Translations under genes and position numbers: made by a program
From: an uncultured Acidobacteriaceae bacterium
Lineage (GTDB): Bacteria > Acidobacteriota > Terriglobia > Terriglobales > Acidobacteriaceae
Reading direction: 5' to 3'
Length of the DNA: 64,000 nt
NCBI GenBank assembly: GCA_963838555.1
Contig: CAWIRK010000002.1
Coordinates: 62,127-126,126, forward strand
The notes under the pieces: model-generated
Databases searched by the model: none
What the model was told of the DNA's origin: nothing
The model's input: the letters and a program-made list of their open reading frames with translations, nothing else
Part shown: piece after piece, positions 1-10,051 of the stretch
How the letters are laid out: every line of letters starts with the position of its first letter
Numbering within the stretch: the stretch's first letter is position 1

Positions 1-1117
1 CTCGGCCCCTTGCGGAGCTGGGTGGTGGGGGGTAGTGGGGCTTGAGCTTCGCGGGTGCGGCGCTCTGTGGGGTCTTCGGTTCAATGTCGATGGGGCGGTT
101 GGCCGCGACCATTTTGCCGATCGCGTACTTCAGGGCTTCGACGCCTTCGCCGGTGACGGCGCTGATTTTGTAGAAGGGCAGCTTTCGGCGTTTTGCCATG
201 GCGGCGAGTTTTTTTAGTTTTTCGGGATTGGCTACGTCGATTTTTGCGGCGACGAGAATGGTTGGCTTAGCGGCTAGGGCGGGGTCGAAGCTCTTCAACT
301 CTTCGGTGATGACCTTGTAGTCGGCGACGGGATCGGGTCGTGCGGTTCCTTCGGCGGCGGTGGAATCGGAGACGTCGACGAGGTGGACGATGACGCTGGT
401 GCGCTCGATGTGTTTGAGGAACTGGATGCCGAGGCCGTGGCCGAGGTGTGCGCCCTCGATGAGGCCGGGGAGGTCGGCTACGGTGTAGGACTCGGTGTGG
501 GGATAGTCGCCGATTTGTACTACGCCGAGATTGGGCTCGAGGGTGGTGAAGGCGTAGTTGGCGATCTTGGGTTTGGCTGCGGAGAGGCGCGAGATGAGCG
601 TGGATTTGCCGACGTTGGGGTAGCCGACGAGGCCAGCGTCGGCGAGGAGACGGAGTTCGAGGCGGTAGGCGCGCTCTTCGCCGGCGCGGCCCAGTTCGTG
701 TTCGCGTGGGGCCTGGTGGGTGCTGGTGGCGAAGTGCTGGTTGCCTCGACCTCCACGTCCGCCTTTGGCGATGACGATGGTTTCGTTTGGGTGAGCGAAG
801 TCGTGGACTAGCTCGCCGGTCTGGTCGTCGTAGAGAAGAGTGCCGACGGGGACTTTGAGTGTGGTGTGTTCGCCGGCCTGACCGGAGCAGTTGGAACCAA
901 GGCCATGGCCGCCGCGCTGGGCTTTGTGCTCGGGGTTGAAGCGGAAGTGGACGAGAGTGTTGTGGCTGAGGGAGGAGGACATGAGAACGTCCCCGCCGTG
1001 GCCGCCGTCTCCGCCGGAGGGGCCGCCCTTGGGAACAAATTTTTCACGCCGGAAGGCCATGCAGCCGTTACCACCGTCGCCGGCCTTGATCCGGATTCGT
1101 GCTTCATCAATAAACAT
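1..1117 (-). CDS. obgE: GTPase ObgE/CgtA (3' end runs off the window; absent from the ORF track)
   Basis: Manual minus-strand translation from ATG at 1117: [39 protein letters not shown]...[10 protein letters not shown]...[11 protein letters not shown]...[27 protein letters not shown] (Obg fold plus G1-G3 motifs). Confidence 0.97.
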   Translation of the reverse strand, partial: MFIDEARIRIKAGDGGNGCMAFRREKFVPKGGPSGGDGGHGGDVLMSSSLSHNTLVHFRFNPEHKAQRGGHGLGSNCSGQAGEHTTLKVPVGTLLYDDQTGELVHDFAHPNETIVIAKGGRGGRGNQHFATSTHQAPREHELGRAGEERAYRLELRLLADAGLVGYPNVGKSTLISRLSAAKPKIANYAFTTLEPNLGVVQIGDYPHTESYTVADLPGLIEGAHLGHGLGIQFLKHIERTSVIVHLVDVSDSTAAEGTARPDPVADYKVITEELKSFDPALAAKPTILVAAKIDVANPEKLKKLAAMAKRRKLPFYKISAVTGEGVEALKYAIGKMVAANRPIDIEPKTPQSAAPAKLKPHYPPPPSSARGR

Positions 1118-1381
1118 GCAGTTTCAAGTGTACAAGTTTGCGGGGAAGTAGCCAGGTGATTGATTCTGCTGGCCGTTGGATCGCTTGCACCGCCCGCGGG
1201 GCATTTGGTTACTGGGCGGCTGGCGTTTTTTTACCTATACTGGCAGACCTACCCGTAATCGTTTGTTAATCGACGTGTGAGAGTGTTGTCATACCAATCT
1301 ATGTCCGAACGGACCGGGACCGAATAAACAGGCGGGAAAAAGAACCTGTTGCGGCATCGTGTGAATTTAAGGAGACCGAAA

Positions 1382-4300
1382 ATGCGAAGTATAGTTTTGA
1401 AGGCAGTGGTGCGATTTCTATTGATCGCGATATTGTGTGCGGGAGTTGGGTCGTACGGATTTGGGCAATCGGCGGTGGATGGCGCGATTGGCGGCACGGT
1501 GCAGGATTCGTCGGGCCTTGCGATTCCGAAGGCGAAGGTGACGATTCGCAACAACTCAACCAATGCGGAGCAGACGGCAATTACGGACGACGCGGGATTC
1601 TTCCGTGTGATTCATCTTCAGCCGTCGGCCTATACAGTGACGATCACAGCGGCGGGTTTTGGGAACTTCAAGTCTCCCGAGGTGATTGTGCAGGTCGGAC
1701 AGCTGACGGATCTCTCGCCGAAGCTGCCAGTAGGCAGCGATGCGCAGACGGTGGAGGTGACGAGCGAGGCGCCAGCGCTGAATACGACCTCTCCAGAGCT
1801 TGCGAATGTGATCAGCCAGCGCACGCTTCAGGATGCGCCGGTGAACAACTACCGCTGGTCGGCCTATGCTCTGCTGACCCCTGGTGTGGTGTCGGACGCG
1901 AACGGTTTTGGTCTGCTGAGTTTTCGCGGCCAGAGCACACTGATGAATAATGTCACGGTCGACGGCGCGGATGACAATCAGGCTTACTTTTCCGAGGAGC
2001 GTGGGCGTACGCGCGCGGGATACTCGACTGCGAAGGCTTCGATCCAGGAGTTCCAGGTCAATACTTCGAACTACTCAGTGGAGTATGGCCGGTCCGCTGG
2101 TGGAGTCGTGAATTCGATCACGAAGAGTGGCGGTAATCAGTTTCATGGGGACCTTTATTTCTTTGATCGCAATGCCGAGTGGGCGGGGTCGGTCGCGACT
2201 ACCACCCATAATGTGCAGTTGACGCCGGGTGGTCCCTTTGTGGCGCAACACTTCAAGCCAACTGATGTGCGCAAGCAGTATGGCGGCGCTATTAGCGGTC
2301 CCATCTTCAGGGACAAGGTCTTCTTTTTCTTTGCCGGCGACCGGTTCCAGAGGAACTTCCCCGCAGTTGCAGCTGCCAGCAGCCCTGGCAGCTTCTATAC
2401 GTTGCCCGATGCGACGCTGCCTGCGGGCAAGACCTGCGGAGTAACAAGCGGCGCAGCGCAACCGAGTGACATCGACGCTGCGGCCTGCACGCTGCAGAAG
2501 AATCTCGGCCTCACAACCTATGCGGCTGCGGCGACAGACTACAGCAATGGAATCGCCGGATTGAACACGATGCTGGGCACGGTGCCACGCACGGGTTCTC
2601 AGACGATTTTCTTTCCGAAGATCGATTGGCAGGTGAACTCCCGCAATCATGCTTCCTTCGAGGTCAATCGCTTACGATGGGCATCACCGGCCGGGATTCA
2701 GACCTCGGCAGTTGTCTTCAATGGCACCAACAGTTTTGGTAACGACTATGTGGACGTCACGTTTGGTATCGCGAAACTTGATACGGTAATCACAAACAGC
2801 ATCAGCAATGAGGTCCGCTACCAGTACGGGCGCGACTTTGAATTTGAGTACGGACAGACGCCGACTCCCTATGAGAAGGCCAATTTGATGGGACCGACTG
2901 GCGCCGGATATACCAATCCGTTAGGCGCTCCTCCGCAAATCAGTATCACCAACGCATTTACGTTCGGTACACCCACGTTTCTGAATCGTGCCGCACTCCC
3001 GGACGAACGCCGCTGGCAACTGGCGGATACGATGAACTGGATCCATGGACGGCATAATTTCAAGTTCGGTGGAGACTACGTCCACACTGACGACCGGATC
3101 AACAATCTCTTTACCGGTTTTGGATCCTATGCCTACTCGAATCTCGCAGCCTACTTTTCGGACTTTTACTCTTCGCAGGATCCGGCCACTGCCAGCAAGG
3201 CCAAGTTCTACACGAGCCAATATGTTCAGGGATTCGGCATTCCGGGTGTTGAGTTCCAGACCGGAGACTTCGGGTTTTTCGGCGAGGACAATTGGAAACT
3301 GACCAAGGCCCTAACGGTTACTGTCGGTCTTCGTTATGAGTATGAGAAGTTGCCGACGCCTTTCAGCAGTCTGATCGTTCCTGCTATTCCGCAGACTGGA
3401 GTTTTGCCGTCCAATAAGACCAACATCGGTCCTCGAGTCGGATTTGCTTATGACGTGTTTGGCACTGGGAAGACGATTTTGCGTGGCGGTTACGGTGTCT
3501 TTTTTGCTCGCATTCTCAATGGGACGATCTACAACGCACTCGTAAACACGGGTTCGCCCAACGGTCAGTTCACGGTGAATTCTACGCCGGTGTTTCCGCA
3601 GGTCATTGCGAATGGAAGTCTGGCGGGGGCGCCGAACTCGGTCTTCTTCGATTCAAACTTCAGAGCTCCGTGGATCAATCAGGCTGACCTCACCGTTGAG
3701 CAGGACCTCGGTTGGAACACTGTCATGAGCGTGACGTGGCTCGGAACACTGGGTCGCCGGTTGCCGAACTTTACCGACCTCAATCTCAACCCTGCCACGA
3801 CGATCAACTACACGGTCGTTGACACGGCCGGCAAAGGACCGTTGCCGAACGGCACTGTCCTCGCTGAAAAGTTCTACCCGAGAAATACGACTCCCGGCTG
3901 CACGAGCGCGCGTCCGAACTGCAGCTTCGGTTCGCTCACGGACATCTTCAGCGGCGTCAACTCCAATTACTCCGGCCTGGTCGCTCAGATCAATCACCGC
4001 TTCTCCAACCACCTCCAGTTCAGTGCGAATTACACGTGGTCTCATGCGCTGGACTATGGGCAGAACAATCAGACGGCCACAGTCGCCAACAATCTTCTCG
4101 ATCCGCAAAATATCCGGGCGGAATATGGCAACTCCATCACAAACATTCCCAATCGCCTTGTGATGAACGCCATCGTCACCGCGCCGTGGAAGTACACCGG
4201 TTGGAAAGCGTATCTGCTGAATGGCTATGAGGTATCACCGGGCCTTCAGGTTCAGAGTGGCCTGCCCTTCCTGGTGGGCACCAGTGGTGGATACACCTCA

Positions 4301-4702
4301 ACCAGCGGAACGCTGCCTGGATATACACCTTCGGGCGGCCTCATAGCTGGCTTTGGCGGTGTTAACGGCTCTAACGGTATCTTCCGCATGCCCGGGTTCG
4401 AACGAAACGGATTGTCTCAGCCGAAGACAACCGTAGCGGATCTGCGCCTCTCCAAGCGCTTCAACGTGAAGGATCGGGTCAACCTGGAGTTCCTCGGGGA
4501 GGCTTTCAACGTCGCGAACCATCAGAACGTGACCGGGGTCAATTCGACCGCGTACACGGTTGGCACGGTAGCGGCCACCAAAACGAACACTCTTGCCTTC
4601 TCTACAGCAAACCCAGGCTTTGCCGTTCCTAACGCGACCAACACGAGCGGGTTCTCGTATGCTCCGAGGCAGATCCAGCTTGGTGTCCGGGCGCAGTTCT
4701 GA
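1382..4702 (+). CDS. TonB-dependent receptor, Oar-like, with N-terminal carboxypeptidase-regulatory-like domain
   Basis: AAGGAG RBS before ATG 1382; signal peptide; GTVQDSSG...IPKAKVT; IQEFQVNTSNYSVEYGRSAGGVVNSITKSGGNQFHG; NIGPRVGFAYD; C-terminal PRQIQLGVRAQF. Confidence 0.93.
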   Translation: MRSIVLKAVVRFLLIAILCAGVGSYGFGQSAVDGAIGGTVQDSSGLAIPKAKVTIRNNSTNAEQTAITDDAGFFRVIHLQPSAYTVTITAAGFGNFKSPEVIVQVGQLTDLSPKLPVGSDAQTVEVTSEAPALNTTSPELANVISQRTLQDAPVNNYRWSAYALLTPGVVSDANGFGLLSFRGQSTLMNNVTVDGADDNQAYFSEERGRTRAGYSTAKASIQEFQVNTSNYSVEYGRSAGGVVNSITKSGGNQFHGDLYFFDRNAEWAGSVATTTHNVQLTPGGPFVAQHFKPTDVRKQYGGAISGPIFRDKVFFFFAGDRFQRNFPAVAAASSPGSFYTLPDATLPAGKTCGVTSGAAQPSDIDAAACTLQKNLGLTTYAAAATDYSNGIAGLNTMLGTVPRTGSQTIFFPKIDWQVNSRNHASFEVNRLRWASPAGIQTSAVVFNGTNSFGNDYVDVTFGIAKLDTVITNSISNEVRYQYGRDFEFEYGQTPTPYEKANLMGPTGAGYTNPLGAPPQISITNAFTFGTPTFLNRAALPDERRWQLADTMNWIHGRHNFKFGGDYVHTDDRINNLFTGFGSYAYSNLAAYFSDFYSSQDPATASKAKFYTSQYVQGFGIPGVEFQTGDFGFFGEDNWKLTKALTVTVGLRYEYEKLPTPFSSLIVPAIPQTGVLPSNKTNIGPRVGFAYDVFGTGKTILRGGYGVFFARILNGTIYNALVNTGSPNGQFTVNSTPVFPQVIANGSLAGAPNSVFFDSNFRAPWINQADLTVEQDLGWNTVMSVTWLGTLGRRLPNFTDLNLNPATTINYTVVDTAGKGPLPNGTVLAEKFYPRNTTPGCTSARPNCSFGSLTDIFSGVNSNYSGLVAQINHRFSNHLQFSANYTWSHALDYGQNNQTATVANNLLDPQNIRAEYGNSITNIPNRLVMNAIVTAPWKYTGWKAYLLNGYEVSPGLQVQSGLPFLVGTSGGYTSTSGTLPGYTPSGGLIAGFGGVNGSNGIFRMPGFERNGLSQPKTTVADLRLSKRFNVKDRVNLEFLGEAFNVANHQNVTGVNSTAYTVGTVAATKTNTLAFSTANPGFAVPNATNTSGFSYAPRQIQLGVRAQF

Positions 4703-4726
4703 CCGGGACAAAAATGCAATTGACAG

Positions 4727-4760
4727 AGGGCGGTGGCTTTGGCTGCCGCCCTGTTGTTTG
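4727..4760 (+). terminator. Probable intrinsic terminator between the two receptor genes
   Basis: Stem AGGGCGGTGGC / GCTGCCGCCCT followed by GTTGTTTG. Confidence 0.6.
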
Positions 4761-4964
4761 ACGCCGGTCCATTCAGCGAGACTCTTTGCCGTTACCACTT
4801 TTGTGGCAAAGTCTTCGCCGGTCTGCGGTTAATCTCTTATGATCTTCGGTGTAGCGCCGAAATTGTCACGATGTTCCGCCCCGGGCTGTCCGGGGAATCG
4901 AAACGGTTCGTCACTATTTTCCCGTGGCTTGGTGTAGAGCAGTACGAATTTCCGCGGAGAGTCA

Positions 4965-7900
4965 ATGTCGTTGTGCGTGGGACGCGCGTGGTCTGGCGCG
5001 GTCGTTAGGAAGATTGTCCGGGTTTGCCTGTTGTGGTGCTGTTCCGCTGCGGCCGTAGGGAGGTGCGCGTGGGGGCAGAGTTCGGTGGATGGAGCGATCG
5101 GCGGCTTTGTGGTTGATGGGGGTGGGGCCGCGCTGGTGGGTGCTGTGGTCCAGGTGCAGAACGTCGCCGATGGAACGAAGACTCGTACGACGACCGAAGG
5201 CAAGGGGGAGTTTCTGGTGGCGCACCTGCCGGCGGGAGAGTACCGGGTGGAGGTGGAGTATGCGTTGTTTGCCGGGTTGACGCTCGAGCCGGTGGTGGTC
5301 GAGGTGGGAGGCGTGACGTCGGTGGAGGCGCGGATGCGGGTTGGGGGTGTGGCGACCTCGGTGACCGTGAAGGCGGAGCCGATTGCCCAAGCTGCGGTGG
5401 GCGTTGACGAACTGTCGTCGGCTGCGGTGGGGAGTGTGGTGACTCCCGATGAGATTGAGCGGCTTCCGGTGAATGGGCGGCGCTGGCAGACGTTTGCGCT
5501 GTTGATGCCGACGGTGAATTCAGATCCTGAAGGAGATGGGCTGTTGAGTTTTCGCGGGACGGCTTCGACGCAGAACAGCAGCCGGATCGATGGCGGAGAC
5601 GACGATCAGAGCTTCGGGTCGGTACCGCGCGGGACCGGAATTGAGAGTGGGGCGGAGTTGGAGGATGCGGCTGAGGTGGGGGTGGCGAACCGCATCACCG
5701 TGGGAAGCGCTGCGGGTGGCGGAGGGTACGGGCGGCACTCGGGAATGGCATATACGTTTTCGCAGGAGGCGGTGCGGGAGTTTCGGGTGAGCGGGCAGAA
5801 TTACTCTGCATTGTATGGGCATGCTGCCGGCGGGATCGTCACCACAGTTTCGAAGAGTGGGACAAACGATCTGCATGGAACCGGTTTTTACTTGTTTCGG
5901 ACGAGTGCGCTGGCGGCGACGAATCCTTTCTCGATTGCGACCAACTATGTCGATGGGGTGGTTGAGAGTGTCGCAGTGAAGCCTCATGATCTGCGGCAGC
6001 AGTTTGGGGGCAGTGTTGGCGGCGCGATGATTCGGAATAAGTTGTTCTACTTTTATGCTTATGACGAGCAGGTGCGGGATTTTCCGGCGATATCGACGCC
6101 GAATGACCCGAATTTTTACGCGCTGACGCCGACGCAAAGGGCGCTGCTGGGCAACCGCGGGGTGACGCCGTCGAAGGTGAACGCGGCGTTGAATTACCTG
6201 GAGAGTTTGACGGGGACGATTGCGCGGCGACAGGATCAGACGGTTAATTTCGGCAAGGTGGACTGGCAGGCGGCGGAGCATCATCGGATGAGCGTGCAGT
6301 ATGACCGGGCGCGTTCGAGCTCTCCGGCGGGAGTGCGGTCGGCGCCTGTGGTGGATGTGGGCAGGGCGAGTATGGGCAGCAGCTATGGCAAGGTGGATTC
6401 CTTGCTGGGGCGATGGATATGGCAGACGACCCCGAGACTGAGCGAGGAGTTGCGCGTACAGTATGGGCGAGATTTCCAGTATGAGCAGTCGCAGCCTCCG
6501 CTGCCGCAGGAGCCTACGGTGGGGTCGGGCGGATTTGCGCCGGAGATTGCGATTGGGCCAAATGGATTTATGTTTGGGAGCTCGCCTTCGCTGGGGCGCA
6601 GATCGTTTCCCGATGAGAACAAAGTGCAGCTTGCGGATATGGTGACGTGGAGGCGAGGCCGTCATCAGATCCAGACGGGCATCGACGTGAGTTTTGTGCA
6701 TGACGACATTAATTCTTTGGCGAATACGGAGGGTGCGTTTCACTACGACAGTTCGACGACTTCGGGACATGCAGGCGGAATCGTTGACTGGATTACGGAC
6801 TACACGTTCAATGTGAACGTCAATCCGAATGGCGGGTGCCCGTCGATTGTTTCGAAGGTGCATGATTTCTGCTTCCGGTCGTTCACGCAGAGCTTTGGGC
6901 AGCAGGCGGTGTCGTTTGATACGCAGGAGTGGGCAGGGTTTCTGCAGGACAACTGGCGCGTGAAGGCGGGACTCACGGTGAATGCAGGATTGCGCTATGA
7001 ATATGAGTTTTTGCCTTTGCCGCAGCAACCGAATGGGCTTCTAGATGCGGCCTTCGGCAAGATTGGCGCGACGAGCGTGTTTCCGGAAGACAGGAATAAT
7101 TTCGGGCCGCGGCTGGGCGTGGTGTGGGAGCCGTTTGGGCCGGGTCGGGGTGTGGTGCGGGCTGGGTATGGGCTTTTCTTCGGTCGGTTGCCCGGGGCGA
7201 CGGTGCGAAACGCGCTGGTGGATACGGCGTTGGGTAGTTCGGCGAGGCATATTTCAATTACACCTGGTACGGTTACAAATTGTCCGCAGGTGGCAAATCA
7301 GGGGTTTGGGTATGTGTGCGCTTATGTGACGACACCGCCGAGCGCGATTACGACGACGACTTCTGCGATGGTATTTGACCGGCGGTTTCGGCTTCCTGCG
7401 GTGCAGCAGGGCAGCTTGACGGTTGAGCGCGAAGTTGGTGCGGGGATTTTAGCGAGTGCTACGTATCTGGTGAATATCGATCGGCAGCTGCCGAACTCTG
7501 TCGATATCAATATCGGTCCCGCTACGGCGACGAAGACGTTTCAGCTGCAAGGGGGGACGGGTGCGGCTGGGGTGCGGGATGGAGAGCTCTTCGTGATTCC
7601 GTTCTATTCGCAGCGGATGAATACGAATTTCGGGCCGGTGACGAATATTGTTTCGAACGCGGATGCGACGTACAACGCGATGGTGTTAGAGGCGCGGCGG
7701 CGGCTACGCGGAGGCCTTGAGTTTCGTGCGAGCTGGACCTGGTCGAAGGCGATCGACTATGGGCAGGGCGGGGCTACGCCACGGACGAATGCGCAGTTCG
7801 ATCCATTCGATGTGTTGTATGACAAGGGGCTGTCGGCGCTGAACTATCCGCATAAAGTGCTGGCGAGCGCGGTTTGGGAGCCTACGCTTGGCAGCGAACG

Positions 7901-8381
7901 GCGCTGGGTTCGGGTTGCCGCGAATGGATGGACGGTTGCACCGCTGTTTGTTGAATCGAGTGGGAGGCCGTACAGTCTCGACATCTTTGGCGGCACGCGG
8001 CTGGCGGGTGGGCATGAGAGTATCAACGGCGCGGGGGGCGCGGCATATCTGCCGACGGTGGGGAGGAATACGTTGCGGCTGCCGGATACGGCGCGGATCG
8101 ATCTGCGCGTGAGCCGGGCCGTGCATGTGACGGAGAGGGTGCGGATGCGCGGGAGCGTCGAGATCTTTAATCTGACCAACCGGGTAAATTACTCCGCGAT
8201 TATGCAGCGTGCGTTTCTGGTGGGCACGGAGACGAATGGGGTGACTCCGCTGATTTTTCAAAACGCTGCGACCGTTGCAGCGGAGGGGTTGAATGTGCGG
8301 CCGTTCGGGACGTTTACTGCGGCGTCGACAGGGCAGTCGCCGGAGCGCCAGGTGCAGGTGGGAGTCAGGGTGGAGTTCTGA
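4965..8381 (+). CDS. TonB-dependent receptor, Oar-like, paralog of the upstream gene (start uncertain)
   Basis: QSSVDGAIGG; LPVNGRRWQTFALLMP; GLLSFRG; VREFRVSGQNYSALYGHAAGGIVTTVSKSGTN; NNFGPRLG; C-terminal ERQVQVGVRVEF. Confidence 0.9.
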   Translation: MSLCVGRAWSGAVVRKIVRVCLLWCCSAAAVGRCAWGQSSVDGAIGGFVVDGGGAALVGAVVQVQNVADGTKTRTTTEGKGEFLVAHLPAGEYRVEVEYALFAGLTLEPVVVEVGGVTSVEARMRVGGVATSVTVKAEPIAQAAVGVDELSSAAVGSVVTPDEIERLPVNGRRWQTFALLMPTVNSDPEGDGLLSFRGTASTQNSSRIDGGDDDQSFGSVPRGTGIESGAELEDAAEVGVANRITVGSAAGGGGYGRHSGMAYTFSQEAVREFRVSGQNYSALYGHAAGGIVTTVSKSGTNDLHGTGFYLFRTSALAATNPFSIATNYVDGVVESVAVKPHDLRQQFGGSVGGAMIRNKLFYFYAYDEQVRDFPAISTPNDPNFYALTPTQRALLGNRGVTPSKVNAALNYLESLTGTIARRQDQTVNFGKVDWQAAEHHRMSVQYDRARSSSPAGVRSAPVVDVGRASMGSSYGKVDSLLGRWIWQTTPRLSEELRVQYGRDFQYEQSQPPLPQEPTVGSGGFAPEIAIGPNGFMFGSSPSLGRRSFPDENKVQLADMVTWRRGRHQIQTGIDVSFVHDDINSLANTEGAFHYDSSTTSGHAGGIVDWITDYTFNVNVNPNGGCPSIVSKVHDFCFRSFTQSFGQQAVSFDTQEWAGFLQDNWRVKAGLTVNAGLRYEYEFLPLPQQPNGLLDAAFGKIGATSVFPEDRNNFGPRLGVVWEPFGPGRGVVRAGYGLFFGRLPGATVRNALVDTALGSSARHISITPGTVTNCPQVANQGFGYVCAYVTTPPSAITTTTSAMVFDRRFRLPAVQQGSLTVEREVGAGILASATYLVNIDRQLPNSVDINIGPATATKTFQLQGGTGAAGVRDGELFVIPFYSQRMNTNFGPVTNIVSNADATYNAMVLEARRRLRGGLEFRASWTWSKAIDYGQGGATPRTNAQFDPFDVLYDKGLSALNYPHKVLASAVWEPTLGSERRWVRVAANGWTVAPLFVESSGRPYSLDIFGGTRLAGGHESINGAGGAAYLPTVGRNTLRLPDTARIDLRVSRAVHVTERVRMRGSVEIFNLTNRVNYSAIMQRAFLVGTETNGVTPLIFQNAATVAAEGLNVRPFGTFTAASTGQSPERQVQVGVRVEF

Positions 8382-8385
8382 GATC

Positions 8386-8757
8386 TCAGTGCTGCGAGAT
8401 GGAGAGGGTGTTGCCGTCGGGGTCGGTGAACCAAGCGACTTTGGCGCCTTCTGGAGCGGTCCAGACTCCATCGGGGCTCTGCTCGAAGTAGGGGTAGCGG
8501 GTGAACTTCACCCCTTTGACGGTCATCTCGGCGACGGCCTTGTGGATATCGGTGACTTGCCAGCCGAGGATTGTGAAAGGAAAAGGTGTGAAGTCCTCGA
8601 CGCGGACGATGCGGACCATGGTTCCGTTGGCGTCCATGACGATGGCGAAGGAGTCATCGCTGAGGAAGCGAAGGCCCAGGAGTTTTTCGTAGAAGCGTCG
8701 CGCGCGGGTTGTGTCTTTGGTGGGGATGAAGGCTATGAGCGGGCTGTGGGTGAGCAT
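8386..8757 (-). CDS. VOC/glyoxalase family protein
   Basis: ARRFYEKLLGL and AWFTDPDGNTLSI motifs, 123 aa. Confidence 0.88.
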   Translation of the reverse strand: MLTHSPLIAFIPTKDTTRARRFYEKLLGLRFLSDDSFAIVMDANGTMVRIVRVEDFTPFPFTILGWQVTDIHKAVAEMTVKGVKFTRYPYFEQSPDGVWTAPEGAKVAWFTDPDGNTLSISQH

Positions 8758-8775
8758 GCTTGTGACCTCGTTTAA

Positions 8776-9969
8776 TCAGGGTGACCGAAACTGCCGGTTG
8801 GGTTCTTGTTCGGGAAGCGGGAAGAAACCCTGATCTCCAGTCTGGCCTGGAGTGAGCTGGGAATGGGCCGCGAAACGCGTCAAGGGGAACGCGTCGGGGT
8901 AGTTCTCCTGGATCCAGGCGGTCATTTTTTCACGGACAAGGCACCGGAGGTCGAAGTTGTCGCTGGAGTTGCGGGAGCTCATGAGGCAGCGCAACTCCAT
9001 GGAGCGGTCGGTGAGGTTCGTGACCTGCAGGCCGCAGACCCGGCTGTCCCATAGGGGCGAAGGATGAACGATGGCCTCTAGCTGTTTGCGGAGATCTTCG
9101 ACGGGAATGGAGTAGTCGACGTAGAGAAAGGCGGTGCCGAGGATGTCGGACGACTGCCGGGTCCAATTCTGAAAGGAGTTCTCGATGAAGTAATTCAGCG
9201 GAACGACGAGGCGGCGGAGATCCCATATTTTGATGACGACGTAGGCTGAGTTGATCTCTTCGACGCGTCCCCACTCGCCTTGAACGACGACGACGTCGTC
9301 GATGCGAATGGGTTCGGTGAAGGCAATCTGCAGGCCGGCGAAGAGATTGGAAGCGGTGGATTTGGCCGCGGTGGCCAGAATGAGCGATGCGATGCCGGCA
9401 GAGGCGAGAAGGCCGGAGCCATAGTGCCAGATGCGCGGGTCGTTGAAGGTCCACAGCAGAGCGCCGATGTCGATGATGACAACGAAGGTGATGAGTATTC
9501 GGCGAAAGAGCTGAAATTGGGTATGGATCCTGCGTGCCCGGATGTTGTTTTCGACGCTGAGGTCGTAGCGCCGCGTCAGGAAATCCTGCAGGACGTAGAT
9601 GCAGCCGATGGCGAACCAGCCGAGGGCGACCACGGTCAACATGATGAATGCCTGGCGCAGCATGGCTTCGATGTTTTCCGGAAGGTCAGGAATGGTGGGC
9701 AGAATGATGAGCAGACAGGTGAGAAGAAAGATTGCGCGAGCGGGTTTTCCGAGGTGCTCCTGCAGCCCCCAGCCGAGGGGGTGGCTGATCGCTTCTTTGC
9801 GGTGCAGAATGCGGAAGAGAATGTAATGCACCAGGTTTGCGACCACGAGCATGCCGCAGAAGACGAAGATTGCGAAGAACCAGTTGTGTTTGAAATGAAA
9901 GACGGCGAGGGCCGAGAGGGCCGGCGGCCCTGAAAGTGATTTGGCGAGGGTTAGCGTGGCTGTATTCAA
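8776..9969 (-). CDS. Small-conductance mechanosensitive channel (MscS family)
   Basis: Several TM helices; ASNLFAGLQIAFTEPIRIDDVVVVQGEWGRVEEI. Confidence 0.9.
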   Translation of the reverse strand: MNTATLTLAKSLSGPPALSALAVFHFKHNWFFAIFVFCGMLVVANLVHYILFRILHRKEAISHPLGWGLQEHLGKPARAIFLLTCLLIILPTIPDLPENIEAMLRQAFIMLTVVALGWFAIGCIYVLQDFLTRRYDLSVENNIRARRIHTQFQLFRRILITFVVIIDIGALLWTFNDPRIWHYGSGLLASAGIASLILATAAKSTASNLFAGLQIAFTEPIRIDDVVVVQGEWGRVEEINSAYVVIKIWDLRRLVVPLNYFIENSFQNWTRQSSDILGTAFLYVDYSIPVEDLRKQLEAIVHPSPLWDSRVCGLQVTNLTDRSMELRCLMSSRNSSDNFDLRCLVREKMTAWIQENYPDAFPLTRFAAHSQLTPGQTGDQGFFPLPEQEPNRQFRSP

Positions 9970-10051
9970 GCGGCTCGACTCCTTGCGCTGGTTAGATGCT
10001 GCGAGACGAGGAGTTGTAGATGTTTGCTGCTATAGCGGGAGAATTCTTCTG

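Noticed and set aside
35-1159. + strand ORFs 35..217, 383..811, 866..1159
   Set aside because: Antisense shadows of obgE, which occupies the minus strand
5520-7028. 502-aa minus-strand ORF (and similar ones at 20173..21540, 44241..45548, 48931..50562)
   Set aside because: Overlap confident genes on the opposite strand or in another frame, with no motifs
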